64,000 bases of DNA from Eledone cirrhosa. Lineage: Eukaryota. The first letter of the stretch is position 1. Every line of letters starts with the position of its first letter. A program made the position numbers and the translations under genes. Where the stretch lies: positions 378,014,001-378,078,000 of the forward strand of contig OZ024741.1 of NCBI GenBank assembly GCA_964016885.1. The letters are read 5' to 3'. The notes beneath the pieces were generated by a model. That model was given only the letters and a program-made list of their open reading frames with translations, was not told where the DNA came from and made no database searches. Positions 52,094-63,700 of the stretch are shown here, one piece after another.

Positions 52094-55000
52094 GTTTTCT
52101 TTATTAACCACAATGGTTCACATAAAGTAGGCATTAAGGACAGTACAGGACAATACAGGACGGTACAAATGGGCATTTCTGCGTGTAAAAAAACAGAGGT
52201 TGACATAAATTAACAAAGAAAAATTCCCCAATAGGGGGGAGACTTCCAAGGGACATTTGTGGAGAAAGCCCATTAAAAGACCACAGTGGCCCTGACCACC
52301 AGGGCAAGTGCCTTCTCCCAGTTTTCCACCTTTAATTTACAGACACATACTCAGAGAAGGCCCATTCATTCGGGCCATACTTGCTTCTCTCACCCATCTT
52401 TCAACAAAATGCTGGGAAGAGAGCACTTCTCTCTCTACCCTGATTTTCCTTTTCAAATGAAATTTGAAAAAGTTAATCAGGGCATCACCGAAGAGGTAAG
52501 TGCTCGTCTTCAGCCCTTTCAAACGTGTCCACCATACTATCTCTTTCGCCTTGGCCACCAGACAGATAAAAACTGCCTGCCTTTCCCGGCTAAAGGAAGG
52601 GGGCGGGGCATTCCTCACGATGGACTCAGCTGATAGCTGGATCCGTCCTACACGTGACAGCAGGTGTTCGACATAAACCCACAAGTCAGCAATGCTCGGA
52701 CACTGGACGAGTGCGTGCAGGATGGTTTCGTCGCCCTGCGCGCATCTCGGACATGCCCGGCTGACGGCACCTCCATGCCTGTAGAGTTTATCCCGAACTG
52801 GCAAAGATCCTCGGTAGCACTGCCAGGCCAGGGATTTCTGGAAGTTGTCCATAGGCCCCGGCCCGAAAGTCCTTCCGAAGAGATTGGCTGGTTGATTTTC
52901 GTCGACGCCTAGAGTTTCTCCAAGTACGTCGTCGCTCTTCCCCTCCACTAATCCCCTATAGAACGCCAAGGTGGAGTTTCCACCGATCACATTGCCCGAT
53001 TGATCGAGGGCTGTGAGGGCCTGAAGACATTCCAGTCTCCAAGCGCTCCCTCTCTGTCTTCGCTTGACCCAGGACTGCAGCTCCGTCAAGGAGACGAGCT
53101 GGGGGAAAACGTGTCTAGCAAACGGCGACCACACCTGATCACCGTCGAGGAAGAGGTGGAGATGTCGTAGCCTGAGCGCGTGTCTGCGCATCATCAGCCA
53201 CGGCATGCCCAGCCCTCCACGTAGCGGGTGTTGATAGCAGATGGACCGCCTGACCATCGGAGCGCGTCCCTTCCACAAGAAGCGAAAGAGCAAACGCTCC
53301 AGCGCAGTCAGGCGGGGCTTAGGACAAGGTACGACGGTCAGGCAGTAGTAGATGACGGATGCGATGTACGCATTCGCCACCTCCGCTCGACCTTTCAGGG
53401 ATAGCTTCCTGTCGGCCCATTTCTGGGTGAGAGAAGCCACCCTGCTCGTCACCTCGTCCCAGTTTTTGTCCGTCTGGAGGTCTGGACCGAACCAGACCCC
53501 TAGCAATTTAACCGGTCCGTCCGTCCAGCGCCCGACGACGCTGTTGGACGGCATGGACCTGCCTCTCCAGGTGCCGAGCTGCAGGCCCACTGACTTTTCC
53601 TGGTTGATCATTGCTCCTGTCACCGCTTCGTATTCTCTTAGTGTAGTGCCGATCGCCTCGATGTGTTTGGCGTTCGACACCACTACGGTGACATCGTCGG
53701 CATATGCTGACACGGATCTTCCGCATCCTAGTTCGCGCGGGACCCCCCTCAACGTCTCCAGTTTGTGCAGTAATGGCTCGAGAGTCAATACGTACAATAG
53801 GGACGGGAGGGGACATCCTTGGCGGACCGAGCGCATGATGTTGAACGGTTCCGAAAGGTGACCGTTCACTCTCACTACAGAGCAGATGTCGCTGTGCATG
53901 GCAGAGATCCAGCCTCTGAAGACGGGCCCAAAGCCAGCCGCCCTCAGGACTGCCGCTAGGTAACGATGGTCGACCCTATCGAAGGCTTTCGACTGATCTA
54001 AATTGATCAAAGACCCACCCGTGCCAGGTTCCCTAGCTACCCTCTCTACGATGTATCACATGAGTTGGAGGTTGTCGTGGATGGATCTGCCGCGAATGGC
54101 GCATGTCTGCGCCTCACCCACCAGACCACCAACGAAAAGTGCCAACCTCTTTGCTAGCACCTTGGCCAAAATCTTGAACTCTGTGTTTAGCAGAGTTATA
54201 GGCCTAAAATTATCTATGTTATCCTCCTTGTTCGGATCCTTTCTCAGCAGCGCCACCGCTCCTCGGCTCACAGAGCTGGGAATTCTCCCGTTCTGTTGCC
54301 AGTTGCAGTAGACGTCCGCCAAGAGGCCTCCGAACAAGTCTGGCATTTGTACGTAAAGTTCATAGGACAGACCATCCAAACCAGGTGATTTACCCCTTGT
54401 GCAGCCAGTCATTGCCTCCCGTACTTCAGCGGCTGTTATCGGCTTTTCGCAACACTCCGCCTCAGTGGCCGAGAGACGCGGCAGTCCGTCGAGGTAGACA
54501 CTAAAGTCCATCCCTCGATCCGGCCCGCCACTGCCCCCGAACAGTTGAGCGAAGTGTCGCTGAAAAGCTTCACACATTTGCCCGGGATCGAGTAGCATGC
54601 GCCCGTCCTGGTCCACCAAAGACCGGATCGTGGCTTTGTTGCCACGACGCGTCTCCGCCACTCGGGCCCATTGAACGGCTTTCGTCCCCTCGTGTCTGAG
54701 AGCACGCACCCTAGCTCTGACAACGCAGCCTTCGTGCTTTGCATTGAAGAATTGGTCAAGGGCCAATTTCGCCGCAAGTACGTCGGTCGCGATGCCTTTG
54801 CTAAGCGCCTCATCTAATTTTCTAACTAGTTCTCCCTCTGCTCTATTTTTCTCTATTGCTAAAGTCTTACTAAACCTAATGGACTCTATTCTAATTGCTC
54901 TTTTCAGAGCAAACCACCACTTGTTGTTGACGATGGCCCCCGTCAACGCCCGCTTAACTAGTTCGCTAATCCGGTCTCTGTAGGCCTTGCGCGCTGGTAA

Positions 55001-57763
55001 GGACGCGTTTAGCTTCCAGTAGCAGGGTCCTCGTCTATGAAGCCTATCTAAGTCAAGCACACATATCACGAATTTGTGGTCCGTGTAGCTGACTATCTTG
55101 AATTGTGGACAGCCTATGCTAGACCTATCTATTTCCCTACAAAATACTCATCTAGATATGGTCTGGAAGACCCTATGCGATTTGTCCAAGTCCACATTGG
55201 TAGATTCGGGAAATCCAATCGGTACCTGTCAGACAGTTCAAAACTCTTGAGCAGGTTGTTGAGACTCTTGCACCCTCCTTCCCTATCTACTAATCCCACA
55301 CAATCCCAGCGTGCATCTAAGATCCCGTTCCAGTCGCCCTCTAACACTAAAGAGCGAGACGTTCTAAGAAAGGTCTCCAGACGCCGGAAGAAATCAGGCC
55401 GCCCTGCTCCACTCGGGGCAATGACGGCCACCAACCTGAAAGCTTGCCCGTCTCCGCTGGTCACGTCCAGCACCACCAACTTCCCTTTTGGGTCCAGGAA
55501 GATGGCCCGTATGGCAAGATCCAAACATTATCCGCAAAAGCACAGCAGCTTCACCCCCGATCCCGGACGGCTGGGAGATGTGTACACATCGTAGCCGCCG
55601 AAGATCGGTGCGAAGGCCCGTGCTTCGGAGATTCTGGTCTCGCTGATGGCCACTACATCTATGTTTAGTGACCTGAGGTCGTTGAGCAGGTGGCCCTGCT
55701 TCCATGACGACCCCAAGCCACGCGCATTTATGCTGCCTATTCTGAGTGAGGTCATGTTGAAATGGAGTGGAAAAGATGGGAAAGACCACTAACCTTACTT
55801 CTCGTAGAGAAAGGACGGTTTTTCCATCCTTTTCACTGCTTGTGGCATCCTCAGGAAGGATGTCCTTATAAATCCTCCTGGAGAGTGCTTGTCGGAAGTC
55901 TCCGATGTCTTTGGGGAATTTTTATTTTAGTGTCATGTACGTTTTCTGTGTAATACGAGTGATTTGTATGTGTGGAGGTGGTGTGAATTGTTGGGTTGTT
56001 GTGTAGTATTTTTCTGTGATGCTGGTGTTGTGTTGGATGTAGTATAATAATTGTTTGTTGTTCAAATTTAATGCTGTGTAGTGTGTATCGTTTTGGTTGT
56101 TTTGTTTTGTTTGCGTTTGTTGTGGGTTTGTTTCTGTTTCGCATTTTGGTGACTTTTGTGGTGTAGGTGATGGTGGTGTTGGTGTTAATGATGGTGATGG
56201 TGTTGGTGTTTGGGTTGATGGGGTTGGTGATGCTGGTGTGGATGGTGGCATATCTGTCCTAACATTTTTGTTTGTTAATTTATTTGTTTCCCTCTGTATT
56301 TTGTTTTTGGAGGGGGAAGGAAGAGAATTTTTTCTGTTTTGGTTTCTTTTTTTTTTTTTTCCTGATACCGTTTCCCACTTCTCGTCGTCAGAATCTGTCT
56401 CCAGTTGTGATAGGCCGGGGAGTGGAAAATCCTCTACAGGCGTGAGTTTTGGTTGTGGCGTAGTGGATGGTGTAGGCGCTGGTGCTAGTTCTGAAGCGTT
56501 GGGTGGTGGTGGTGTTGGTTTTGCTACTGTTGCTGGGGTTGTTGCTGTTATAGTTGCTTCTGTTGTTGCTGCTACAGTTGTTGCTGCTATCTCTGCTACT
56601 GGTGGCGTTGATGGTTGAGTCACTGGGGTGGGAGGGAGAGGTAGCCTCATCTTTTTTAGCCTGAGGGCAGAAAGCACTTAGGTGGATTTCTTCACCACAA
56701 ACGACACACCTAGGCCTTCTGCCCTCGACAATTACGGTGAGGTGGCTGCCGTCAGTGAGGTCTATTTCTCTGAGATCTCCTCAATACTTTTTTGTTCCGC
56801 TTGGATCAGGAGCTCCATCCCAGATCCGGACCAGTTCTCCTGCTTTTATTTTGCTATTGCTATTATCTTTGTGTTGGCTTCGTTGCCGGCGAGGACGGCC
56901 GCTATTAGCCAGGGAATTTCAATGGCCGGTGGAACGTGGGTCACCCTGATCTTTACCAGACACGGGCCACAATAGCTTGGGACGAGTGTGAAGTCGTCAC
57001 TTCTTAATGAGGCCATGGAGTGTTCTCTAGCCTCCTCTGGTGTTTCAAAGAACACGTCCACGGTTCCATACTTCGGCCCACGTCTGATGTGGGTTTTTCT
57101 TGCCTACACATGTCCCAAAGCTTTTTGATTTAGGACTCGAATGCCCGTTCCACTCGGCGCGGTTTTACATTAATTGTTCGATACGACACGCTACATAGGC
57201 GCCGATGCTCTATTTTATTAGGTGGGGTGGGGTGGGGGGCTGACCCTGTACCCATCTTTCTGGTTGAAAACATTTCGACATCACGAGTTGATTTATTTTT
57301 TCATTTTGTTTCTGTTGTCGCGGTGGTGGTGGGGGTCGGGGTTGTCGCGGTAGGTCGCGGTGGTGGCTTTAACACCTGCAGTCATTGGTAATGGCGGGAA
57401 ATGAATGTCTGCCTGAGACAAATTTAAAATATTGCTACTGCTTAAATTTTTTGTGTTGGCAAACGTAGTAATATTTACAATGGTGGTGTCGGTGTGAGGT
57501 GTTAGTTTATGAGGAAGGCTGTCAGCTTCGTGTGGCTGTGAGACTTCTATGTTTTTTTTTTCAAAGACATTTTTTTGATAATTATAAATGTTTAAATTTT
57601 GGGCACACGGCCCCAATCTTTTTGGGTGTCCTTTTAGGAAAACAATGCATGTGCGCTTATAAAGAGTTAACAATAAAATTTTCCATAAATGGCAATTTTT
57701 AACAAACGGAAATAACAAACCTTTGCTGACCTCACGATGATACGATTTACTACGTAGGTCGCC
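52094..57763 (-). mobile_element. Tx1/L1-clade family C copy 3 (both termini present, degenerate, ORF1 deletion near 57260)
   Basis: ORF2 pieces 55528-55755, 55129-55524, 54056-55069 and 52337-54010; ORF1 pieces 55922-56677 and 56846-57061. TTA repeats flank both ends. Confidence 0.9.

Positions 57764-57799
<36 letters not shown>
57764..57799. repeat. (TAA)n tract between tandem family C copies 3 and 4
   Basis: GGTCGCC-(AAT)n-GTTTTCTTTATT. Confidence 0.95.
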
Positions 57800-57800
<1 letters not shown>

Positions 57801-58042
57801 TTTTCTTTATTAACCACAAGGGTTCACATAAAGTAGACATTAAGGACAGTACAGGACAATACAGGAGGGTACAAATGGGCATTTCTGCGTGTAAAAAAAC
57901 AGAGGTTGAAATAAAATAACAAAGAAAAATTCCCCAATAGGGGGGAGACTTCCAAGGGACATTTGTGGAGAAAGCCCATTAAAAGACCACAGTGGCTCTG
58001 ACCACCAGGGCAAGTGCCCTCTCCCAGTTTTCCACCTTTAAT

Positions 58043-61000
58043 TTACAGACACATACTCAGAGAAAGTCCATTCATTCGGGCCATACTTGCTTCTCTCACC
58101 CATCTTTCAACAAAATGCTGGGAAGAGAGCACTTCCCTCTCTACCCTGATTTTCCTTTTCAAATGAAATTTGAAAAAGTTAATCAGGGCATCACCGAAGA
58201 GGTAAGTGCTCGTCTTCAGCCCTTTCAAACGTGTCCACCATACTATCTCTTTCGCCATGGCCACCAGACAGATAAAAACTGCCTGCCCTTCCAGGCTAAA
58301 GGAAGGGGGCGGGGCAATCCTCACGATGGACTCAGCTGATAGCTGGGTAGGTCCTACACGTGACAGCAGGTGTTCGACATAAACCCACAAGTCAGCAATG
58401 CTCGGACACTGGACCAGTGCGTGCAGGACGGTTTCGTCGCCCTGCGCGCATCTCGGACATGCCCGGCTGACGGCACCTCCATGCCTGTAGAGTTTATCCC
58501 GAACTGGCAAAGCTCCTCGGTAGCACTGCCAGGCCAGGGATTTCTGGAAGTTGTCCATAGGCCCCGGTCCGAAAGTCCTTCCGAAGAGATTGGCTAGTTG
58601 ATTTTCGTCGACGCCTAGAGTTTCTCCAAGTACGTCGTCGCTCTTCCCCTCCACTAATCCCCTATAGAACGCCAAGGTGGAGTTTCCACCGATCACATTG
58701 CCCGATTGGTCGAGGGCTGTGAGCGCCTGAAGACATTCCAGTCTCCAAGCGCTCCCTCTCGGTCTTCGCTTGACCCAAGACTGCAGCTCCGTCAAGGAGA
58801 CGAGCTGGGGAAAAACGCGTCTTGCAAACGGTGACCACACCTGATCACCGTCGAGGAAGAGGTGGAGATGTCGTAGCCTGAGCGCGTGTCTGCGCATCAT
58901 CAGCCACGGCATGCCCAGCCCTCCACGTAGCGGGTGTTGACAGCAGATGGACCGCCTGACCATCGGAGCGCGTCCCTTCCACAAGAAGCGAAAGAGCAAA
59001 CGCTCCAACGCAGTCAGGCGGGGCTTAGGACAAGGTACGACGGTCAGGCGGTAGTAGATGACAGATGCGATGTACGCATTCGCCACCTCCGCTCGACCTT
59101 TCAGGGATAGCTTCCTCTCGGCCCATTTCTGGGTGAGAGAAGCCACCCTGCTCGTCACCTCGTCCCAGTTTTTGTCCGTCTGGAGGTCTGGACCGAACCA
59201 GACCCCTAGCAATTTAACCGGTCCGTCCGTCCAGCGCCCGACGACGCTGTTGGACGGCATGGACCTGCCTCTCGAGGTGCCGAGCTGCAGGCCCACTGAC
59301 TTTTCCTGGTTGATCATTGCTCCTGTCACCGCTTCGTATTCTCTTAGTGAAGTGCCGATCGCCTCGATGTGTTTGGCGTTCGACACCACTACGGTGACAT
59401 CGTCGGCATATGCTGACACGGATCTTCCGCATCCTAGTTCGCGCGGGACCCCCCTCAACGTCTCCAGTTTGTGCAGTAATGGCTCGAGAGTCAATACGTA
59501 CAATAGGGACGAGAGGGGAAATACTGGGCGGACCGAGCGCATGATGTTGAACGGTTCCGAAAGGTGACCGTTCACTCTCACTACAGAGCAGATGTCGCTG
59601 TGCATGGCAGAGATCCAGCCTCTGAAGACGGGCCCAAAGCCAGCCGCCCTCAGGACTGCCGCTAGGTAACGATGGTCGACCCTATCGAAGGCTTTCGACT
59701 GATCTAAATTGATCAAAGACCCACCCGTGCCGGGCTCCCTAGCTACCCTCTCTACGATGTATCGCATGAGGTGGAGGTTGTCGTGGATGGATCTGTCGGG
59801 AATGGCGCATGTCTGTGTCTCTCCCACCAGACCACCAACGACAAGCGCCAACCTCTTTGCTAGCACCTTGGCCAAAATCTTGAACTCTGTGTTTAGCAGC
59901 GTTATGGGCCTAAAATTATATATGTTATCCCCCTTGTTCGGATCCTTTCTCAGCAGCGCCACCGCTCCTCGGCTCACAGAGCTGGGAATTCTCCCGTTCT
60001 GTTGCCAGTTGCAGTAGACGTCCGCCAAGAGGCCTCCGAACAAGTTTGGCATCTGTACGTAAAGTTCATAGGGCAGACCATCCAAACCAGGCGATTTACC
60101 CCTTGTGCAACTAGTCATTGCATCCCGTACTTCAGCGGTTGTTATCGGCTTTTCGCAACACTCCGCCTCAGTGGCCGAAAGCCGCGGCAGTCCGTCGAGG
60201 TAGACACTAAAGTCCATCCCTCGATCCGGCCCGCCACTGCCCCCGAACAGTTGAGCGAAGTGTCGCTGAAAAGCTTCACACATTTGCCCGGGATCGAGTA
60301 GCATGCGCCCGTCCTTGTCCACCAAAGACCGGATCGTGGCTTTGTTGCCACGACGCGTCTCCGCCACTCGGGCCCATTGAACGGCTTTCGTCCCCTCGTG
60401 TCTGAGAGCACGCACCCTAGCTCTGACAACGCAGCCTTCGTGCTTTGCATTGAAGAATTGGTCAAGGGCCAATTTCGCCGCAAGTACGTCGGTCGCGATG
60501 CCTTTGCTAAGCGCCTCATCTAATTTTCTAACTAGTTCTCCCTCTGCTCTATTTTTCTCTATTGCTAAAGTCTTACTAAACCTAATGGACTCTATTCTAA
60601 TTGCTCTTTTCAGAGCAAACCACCACTTGTTGTTGACGATGGCCCCCGTCAACGCCCGCTTAACTAGTTCACTAATCCGGTCTCTGTAGGCCTTGCGCGC
60701 TGGTAAGGACGCGTTTAGCTTCCAGTAGCCGGGTCCTCGTCTATGAAGCCTATCTAAGTCAAGCACACAGATCACGAATTTGTGGTCCGTGTAGCTGACT
60801 ATCTTGAATTGTGGACAGCCTAAGCTAGACCTATCTATTTCCCTACAAAATACTCTATCTAGATATGATCTGGATGACCCTATGCGATTTGTCCAAGTCC
60901 ACATTGGTACATTCGGGAAATCCATTCGGTACCTGTCAGACAGTTCAAAACGTCTGAGCAGGTTGGTGAGACTCTTGCACCCTCCTTCTCTATCCACTAA

Positions 61001-61462
61001 TCCCACACAATCCCAGCGTGCATCTAAGATCCCGTTCCAGTCGCCCACTAACACTAAAGAGCGTGACGTTCCAAGAAAGGTCTCCAGATGCCGGAAGAAA
61101 TCAGGCCGCCCTGCTCCTGTCGGGGCATAGACGGCCACTAACCTGAAAGCTTGCCCGTCTCCGCTGGTCACGTCCAGCACCACCAACTTACCTTCTGGGT
61201 CCAGGAAGATGGCCCGTATGGCAAGATCCAAACCTCTCCGAAAAAGCACAGCAACTCCTCCCCCCGATCCCGGACGGCTGGGAGATGCGTACACATCGTA
61301 GCCGCCGAAGATCGGTGCGAAAGCCTGTGCCTCGGAGATTCTGGTCTCGCTGATGGCCACTACATCTATGTTTAGTGACCTGAGGCCGTTGAGCAGGTGG
61401 CCCTGCTTCCATGACGACCCCAAGCCACGTGCATTTATGCTGCCTATTCTGAGTGAGGTCAT
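58043..61462 (-). CDS. ORF2: APE endonuclease + reverse transcriptase + C-terminal CCHC (1139 aa)
   Basis: SINARGL, ISET, VAVYAP, GDWN, YLDRVF, TDH, GPGYWKLNASL; KSPGLDG, FRPITLLN, LDQSKAFDRV, YADD; CPRC...HALVQC. The RT QGCPLS motif is altered to PVFPLS in this copy. Confidence 0.92.
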   Translation of the reverse strand: MTSLRIGSINARGLGSSWKQGHLLNGLRSLNIDVVAISETRISEAQAFAPIFGGYDVYASPSRPGSGGGVAVLFRRGLDLAIRAIFLDPEGKLVVLDVTSGDGQAFRLVAVYAPTGAGRPDFFRHLETFLGTSRSLVLVGDWNGILDARWDCVGLVDREGGCKSLTNLLRRFELSDRYRMDFPNVPMWTWTNRIGSSRSYLDRVFCREIDRSSLGCPQFKIVSYTDHKFVICVLDLDRLHRRGPGYWKLNASLPARKAYRDRISELVKRALTGAIVNNKWWFALKRAIRIESIRFSKTLAIEKNRAEGELVRKLDEALSKGIATDVLAAKLALDQFFNAKHEGCVVRARVRALRHEGTKAVQWARVAETRRGNKATIRSLVDKDGRMLLDPGQMCEAFQRHFAQLFGGSGGPDRGMDFSVYLDGLPRLSATEAECCEKPITTAEVRDAMTSCTRGKSPGLDGLPYELYVQMPNLFGGLLADVYCNWQQNGRIPSSVSRGAVALLRKDPNKGDNIYNFRPITLLNTEFKILAKVLAKRLALVVGGLVGETQTCAIPDRSIHDNLHLMRYIVERVAREPGTGGSLINLDQSKAFDRVDHRYLAAVLRAAGFGPVFRGWISAMHSDICSVVRVNGHLSEPFNIMRSVRPVFPLSSLLYVLTLEPLLHKLETLRGVPRELGCGRSVSAYADDVTVVVSNAKHIEAIGTSLREYEAVTGAMINQEKSVGLQLGTSRGRSMPSNSVVGRWTDGPVKLLGVWFGPDLQTDKNWDEVTSRVASLTQKWAERKLSLKGRAEVANAYIASVIYYRLTVVPCPKPRLTALERLLFRFLWKGRAPMVRRSICCQHPLRGGLGMPWLMMRRHALRLRHLHLFLDGDQVWSPFARRVFPQLVSLTELQSWVKRRPRGSAWRLECLQALTALDQSGNVIGGNSTLAFYRGLVEGKSDDVLGETLGVDENQLANLFGRTFGPGPMDNFQKSLAWQCYRGALPVRDKLYRHGGAVSRACPRCAQGDETVLHALVQCPSIADLWVYVEHLLSRVGPTQLSAESIVRIAPPPSFSLEGQAVFICLVAMAKEIVWWTRLKGLKTSTYLFGDALINFFKFHLKRKIRVEREVLSSQHFVERWVREASMARMNGLSLSMCL

Positions 61463-61496
61463 GTTGAAAAGGATTGGAAAAGATGGGAAAGACCAC

Positions 61497-63474
61497 TTAC
61501 CTTACTTCTCGTAGGGGAAGGACGGCTTTTCCATTCTTTTCACTGCTTGTGGCCTCCTCAGGAAGGATGTCCTTATAAATCCTCCTGGAGAGTGCTTGTC
61601 GGAAGTCTCCGATGTCTTTGGGGAATTTTTGTTTTAGTGTCATGTACGTTTTCTGTGTGATGCGAGTGATTTGTATGTGTGGAGGTGGTGTGAATTTTGG
61701 GGTTGTTGTGTAGTCTTTTTCTGTGATGCTGCTGTTGTGTTGGATGTAGTGTAATAATTGCTTGTTGTTCAAATTTAATGCTGTGTAGTGTGTATTGTTT
61801 TGGTTGTTTTGTTTTGTTTGCGTTTGTTGTGGGTTTGTTTCTGTTTCGCATTTTGGTGACTTTTGTGGTGTAGGTGATGGTGGTGTTGGGGTTAATGATG
61901 GTGATGGTGTTGGTGTTTGGGTTGATGGGGTTGGTGATGCTGGTGTGGATGGTGGCATATCTGTCGTAACTTTTTTGTTTCTTAGTTTATTTGTTTCCCT
62001 CTGTATTTTGTTTTTGGAGGGGGAAGGAAGAGAATTTTTTCTTTTTTGGTTTCTTTTTTTTTCCGGATATCGTTTCCCACTCCTCGTCGTCACAATCTGT
62101 CTCCAGTTGTGATAGGCCAGGGAGTGGAAAATCCTCCACAGCCGTTAGTTTTGGTTGTGGTGTGGTGGATGGTGTAGGCGCTGGTGCTAGTTCTGAAGCG
62201 TTGGGTGGTGGTGGTGTTGGTTTTGCTGGTGGTGGTAGTGGTGTTGGTTTTGCTACTGTTGCTGGGGTTGTTGCTGTTATAGTTGCTTCTGTTGTTGCTG
62301 CTACAGTTGTTGCTGCCATCTCTGCTACTGGTGGTGTTGATGGTTGTGTCACTGGGGTGGGTAGGAGAGGTGGCCTCAACCTTTTAGCCTGAGGGCAGAA
62401 AGCCCTTAGGTGGGTTCCTTCACCACAAACGACACACCTAGGTCTTCTGCCCTCGACAATTACCGTGAGGTGGCTGCCGTCAGTGAGGTCTATTACCTCT
62501 GGAATCTCCTCAATGCTTTTTTGGTCCGCTTGGATCAGGAGCTCCATTCCAGATCCGGACCAGTTTTCCTGCTTTTCTTTTGCTACTGCTATTATTTTCG
62601 TGTTGGCTTCGATGCCGGCGAGGACAGCCGCTATTAGCCAGGGAATTTCGATGGCCGGTGGAACGTGGGTCACCCTGACCTTTACGAGTCTCTGGCCACA
62701 ATAGCTTGGGACGAGTGTGAGGTCGTCACTTTTTAATGGGGCCATGGAGTGTTCTCTAGCCTCCTCTGGTGTTTCAAAGAACACATCCACGGTGCCATAC
62801 TTTTGCCCACGTCTGATGTAGGTTTTTCTTGCCCACACATGTCCCAAAGCTTTTTGGATTTGGGACTCGGATGCCCGTTCCACTCGGCGCGATTTTACAT
62901 TTATTGTTCTATACGACACGGTGCACAGGCGCCTATGCTCCATTTTATTAGGTGGGGTGGGGTGGGGGGCTGACCCTGTACCATCTTTCTTTACCATTTG
63001 TTTAGCATTTTCTAAATCTTCTTGAGTTACCGTGAACGCTTCGAATTGTTTTGATACGATGGCGAAACTGAGGGTCGGTTTTATAATGTCATTGTTGTTG
63101 TTGCTATCGTTAATATTATTTTTAGTTTCAGTTGTGGTGTTGGTGACGTCAGTCGTCTTTGGTGCGGAAGAGTCCATTTTGCTTGATTTCATTTCGACAT
63201 CACGAGTTAATTTATTTTTTTCTTCTTTTGTTTCTGTTGTCGCGGTGGTGGTGGGGGTGGGGGTTGTCGCGGTGGTGGTGGAGGCTTTAACACCTGCAGT
63301 CATTGGTAATGGCGGGAAATGAATGTCTGCCTGAGACAAATTTAAAATATTGCTACTGCTTATATTTTGTTTTGTGTTGGCAAACGTAGTAACATTTACA
63401 ATGGTGGTGTCGGTGTGAGGTGTTATTTTGTGAGGAAGGCTTTCAGCTGCTTCGTGCAGAGGGGAATTAGCCAT
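61497..63474 (-). pseudogene. ORF1: gag-like nucleic-acid-binding protein, split by one homopolymer frameshift near 62055
   Basis: The 495-aa frame has a Thr-rich N-terminus, an RRM-like TVDVFFETPEEA, the CX2CX4HX4C knuckle CVVCGEGTHLRAFC and a Pro/Thr-rich region. It continues in the 61497-62093 frame, and copy 3 reads through this point in frame. Confidence 0.8.
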
Positions 63475-63700
63475 TTTTTTTCAAAGAAATTTTTGGATAA
63501 TAATAAAAGTTAAAATTTTGGGCACAAGGCCCCAATCTTTTGGGGTGTCCTTTTCGGAAAACAATGTATGTGTGCTTATAAACAGTTAACAATAAAATTT
63601 TCCATAAATGACAATTTTTAACAAACGGAAATAACAAACCTTTGCGGAGCTCACGATGATACGATTTACTACGTAGGTCGCCAATAATAATAATAATAAT

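Larger units (their letters stand above)
50947..52590. repeat. Tandem duplication of about 824 bp spanning the A-tail/(TAA)n/C-tail junction
   Basis: Unit 1 is 50947-51770 and unit 2 starts at 51771 (breakpoint CTTCCCGGCT|AGTAGTTGTAAG). Both units share private variants such as TAATAATAGTAA and AATGGTTCACATAAAGTAGGC. Confidence 0.92.
57800..63682 (-). mobile_element. Tx1/L1-clade family C copy 4 (full length, about 5.9 kb, best preserved)
   Basis: 208-nt 5' UTR starting GGCGACCTACGTAG, ORF1, 34-nt spacer, ORF2, and a 3' UTR of about 240 nt ending AATAAAGAAAACA-(TTA)n. Confidence 0.93.

Noticed and set aside
62040-62070. Possible programmed frameshift in family C ORF1 at an A-run
   Set aside because: The run length differs among copies (11, 10, 14 and 9 by my count) and copy 3 reads through in frame, so slippage or sequencing error explains it.
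13029-62973. Recurrent antisense ORFs over the retrotransposons (for example MSTSGLLARSG.. and MTDAMYAFATS..)
   Set aside because: They are shadow frames of the RT genes, repeated only because the elements are repeated.
14332-63700. CRISPR-like or telomere-like reading of the repeat-element-repeat pattern
   Set aside because: The linkers are simple TAA microsatellites, the 'spacers' are kb-scale retrotransposons, and there are no cas genes or TTAGGG-type repeats.
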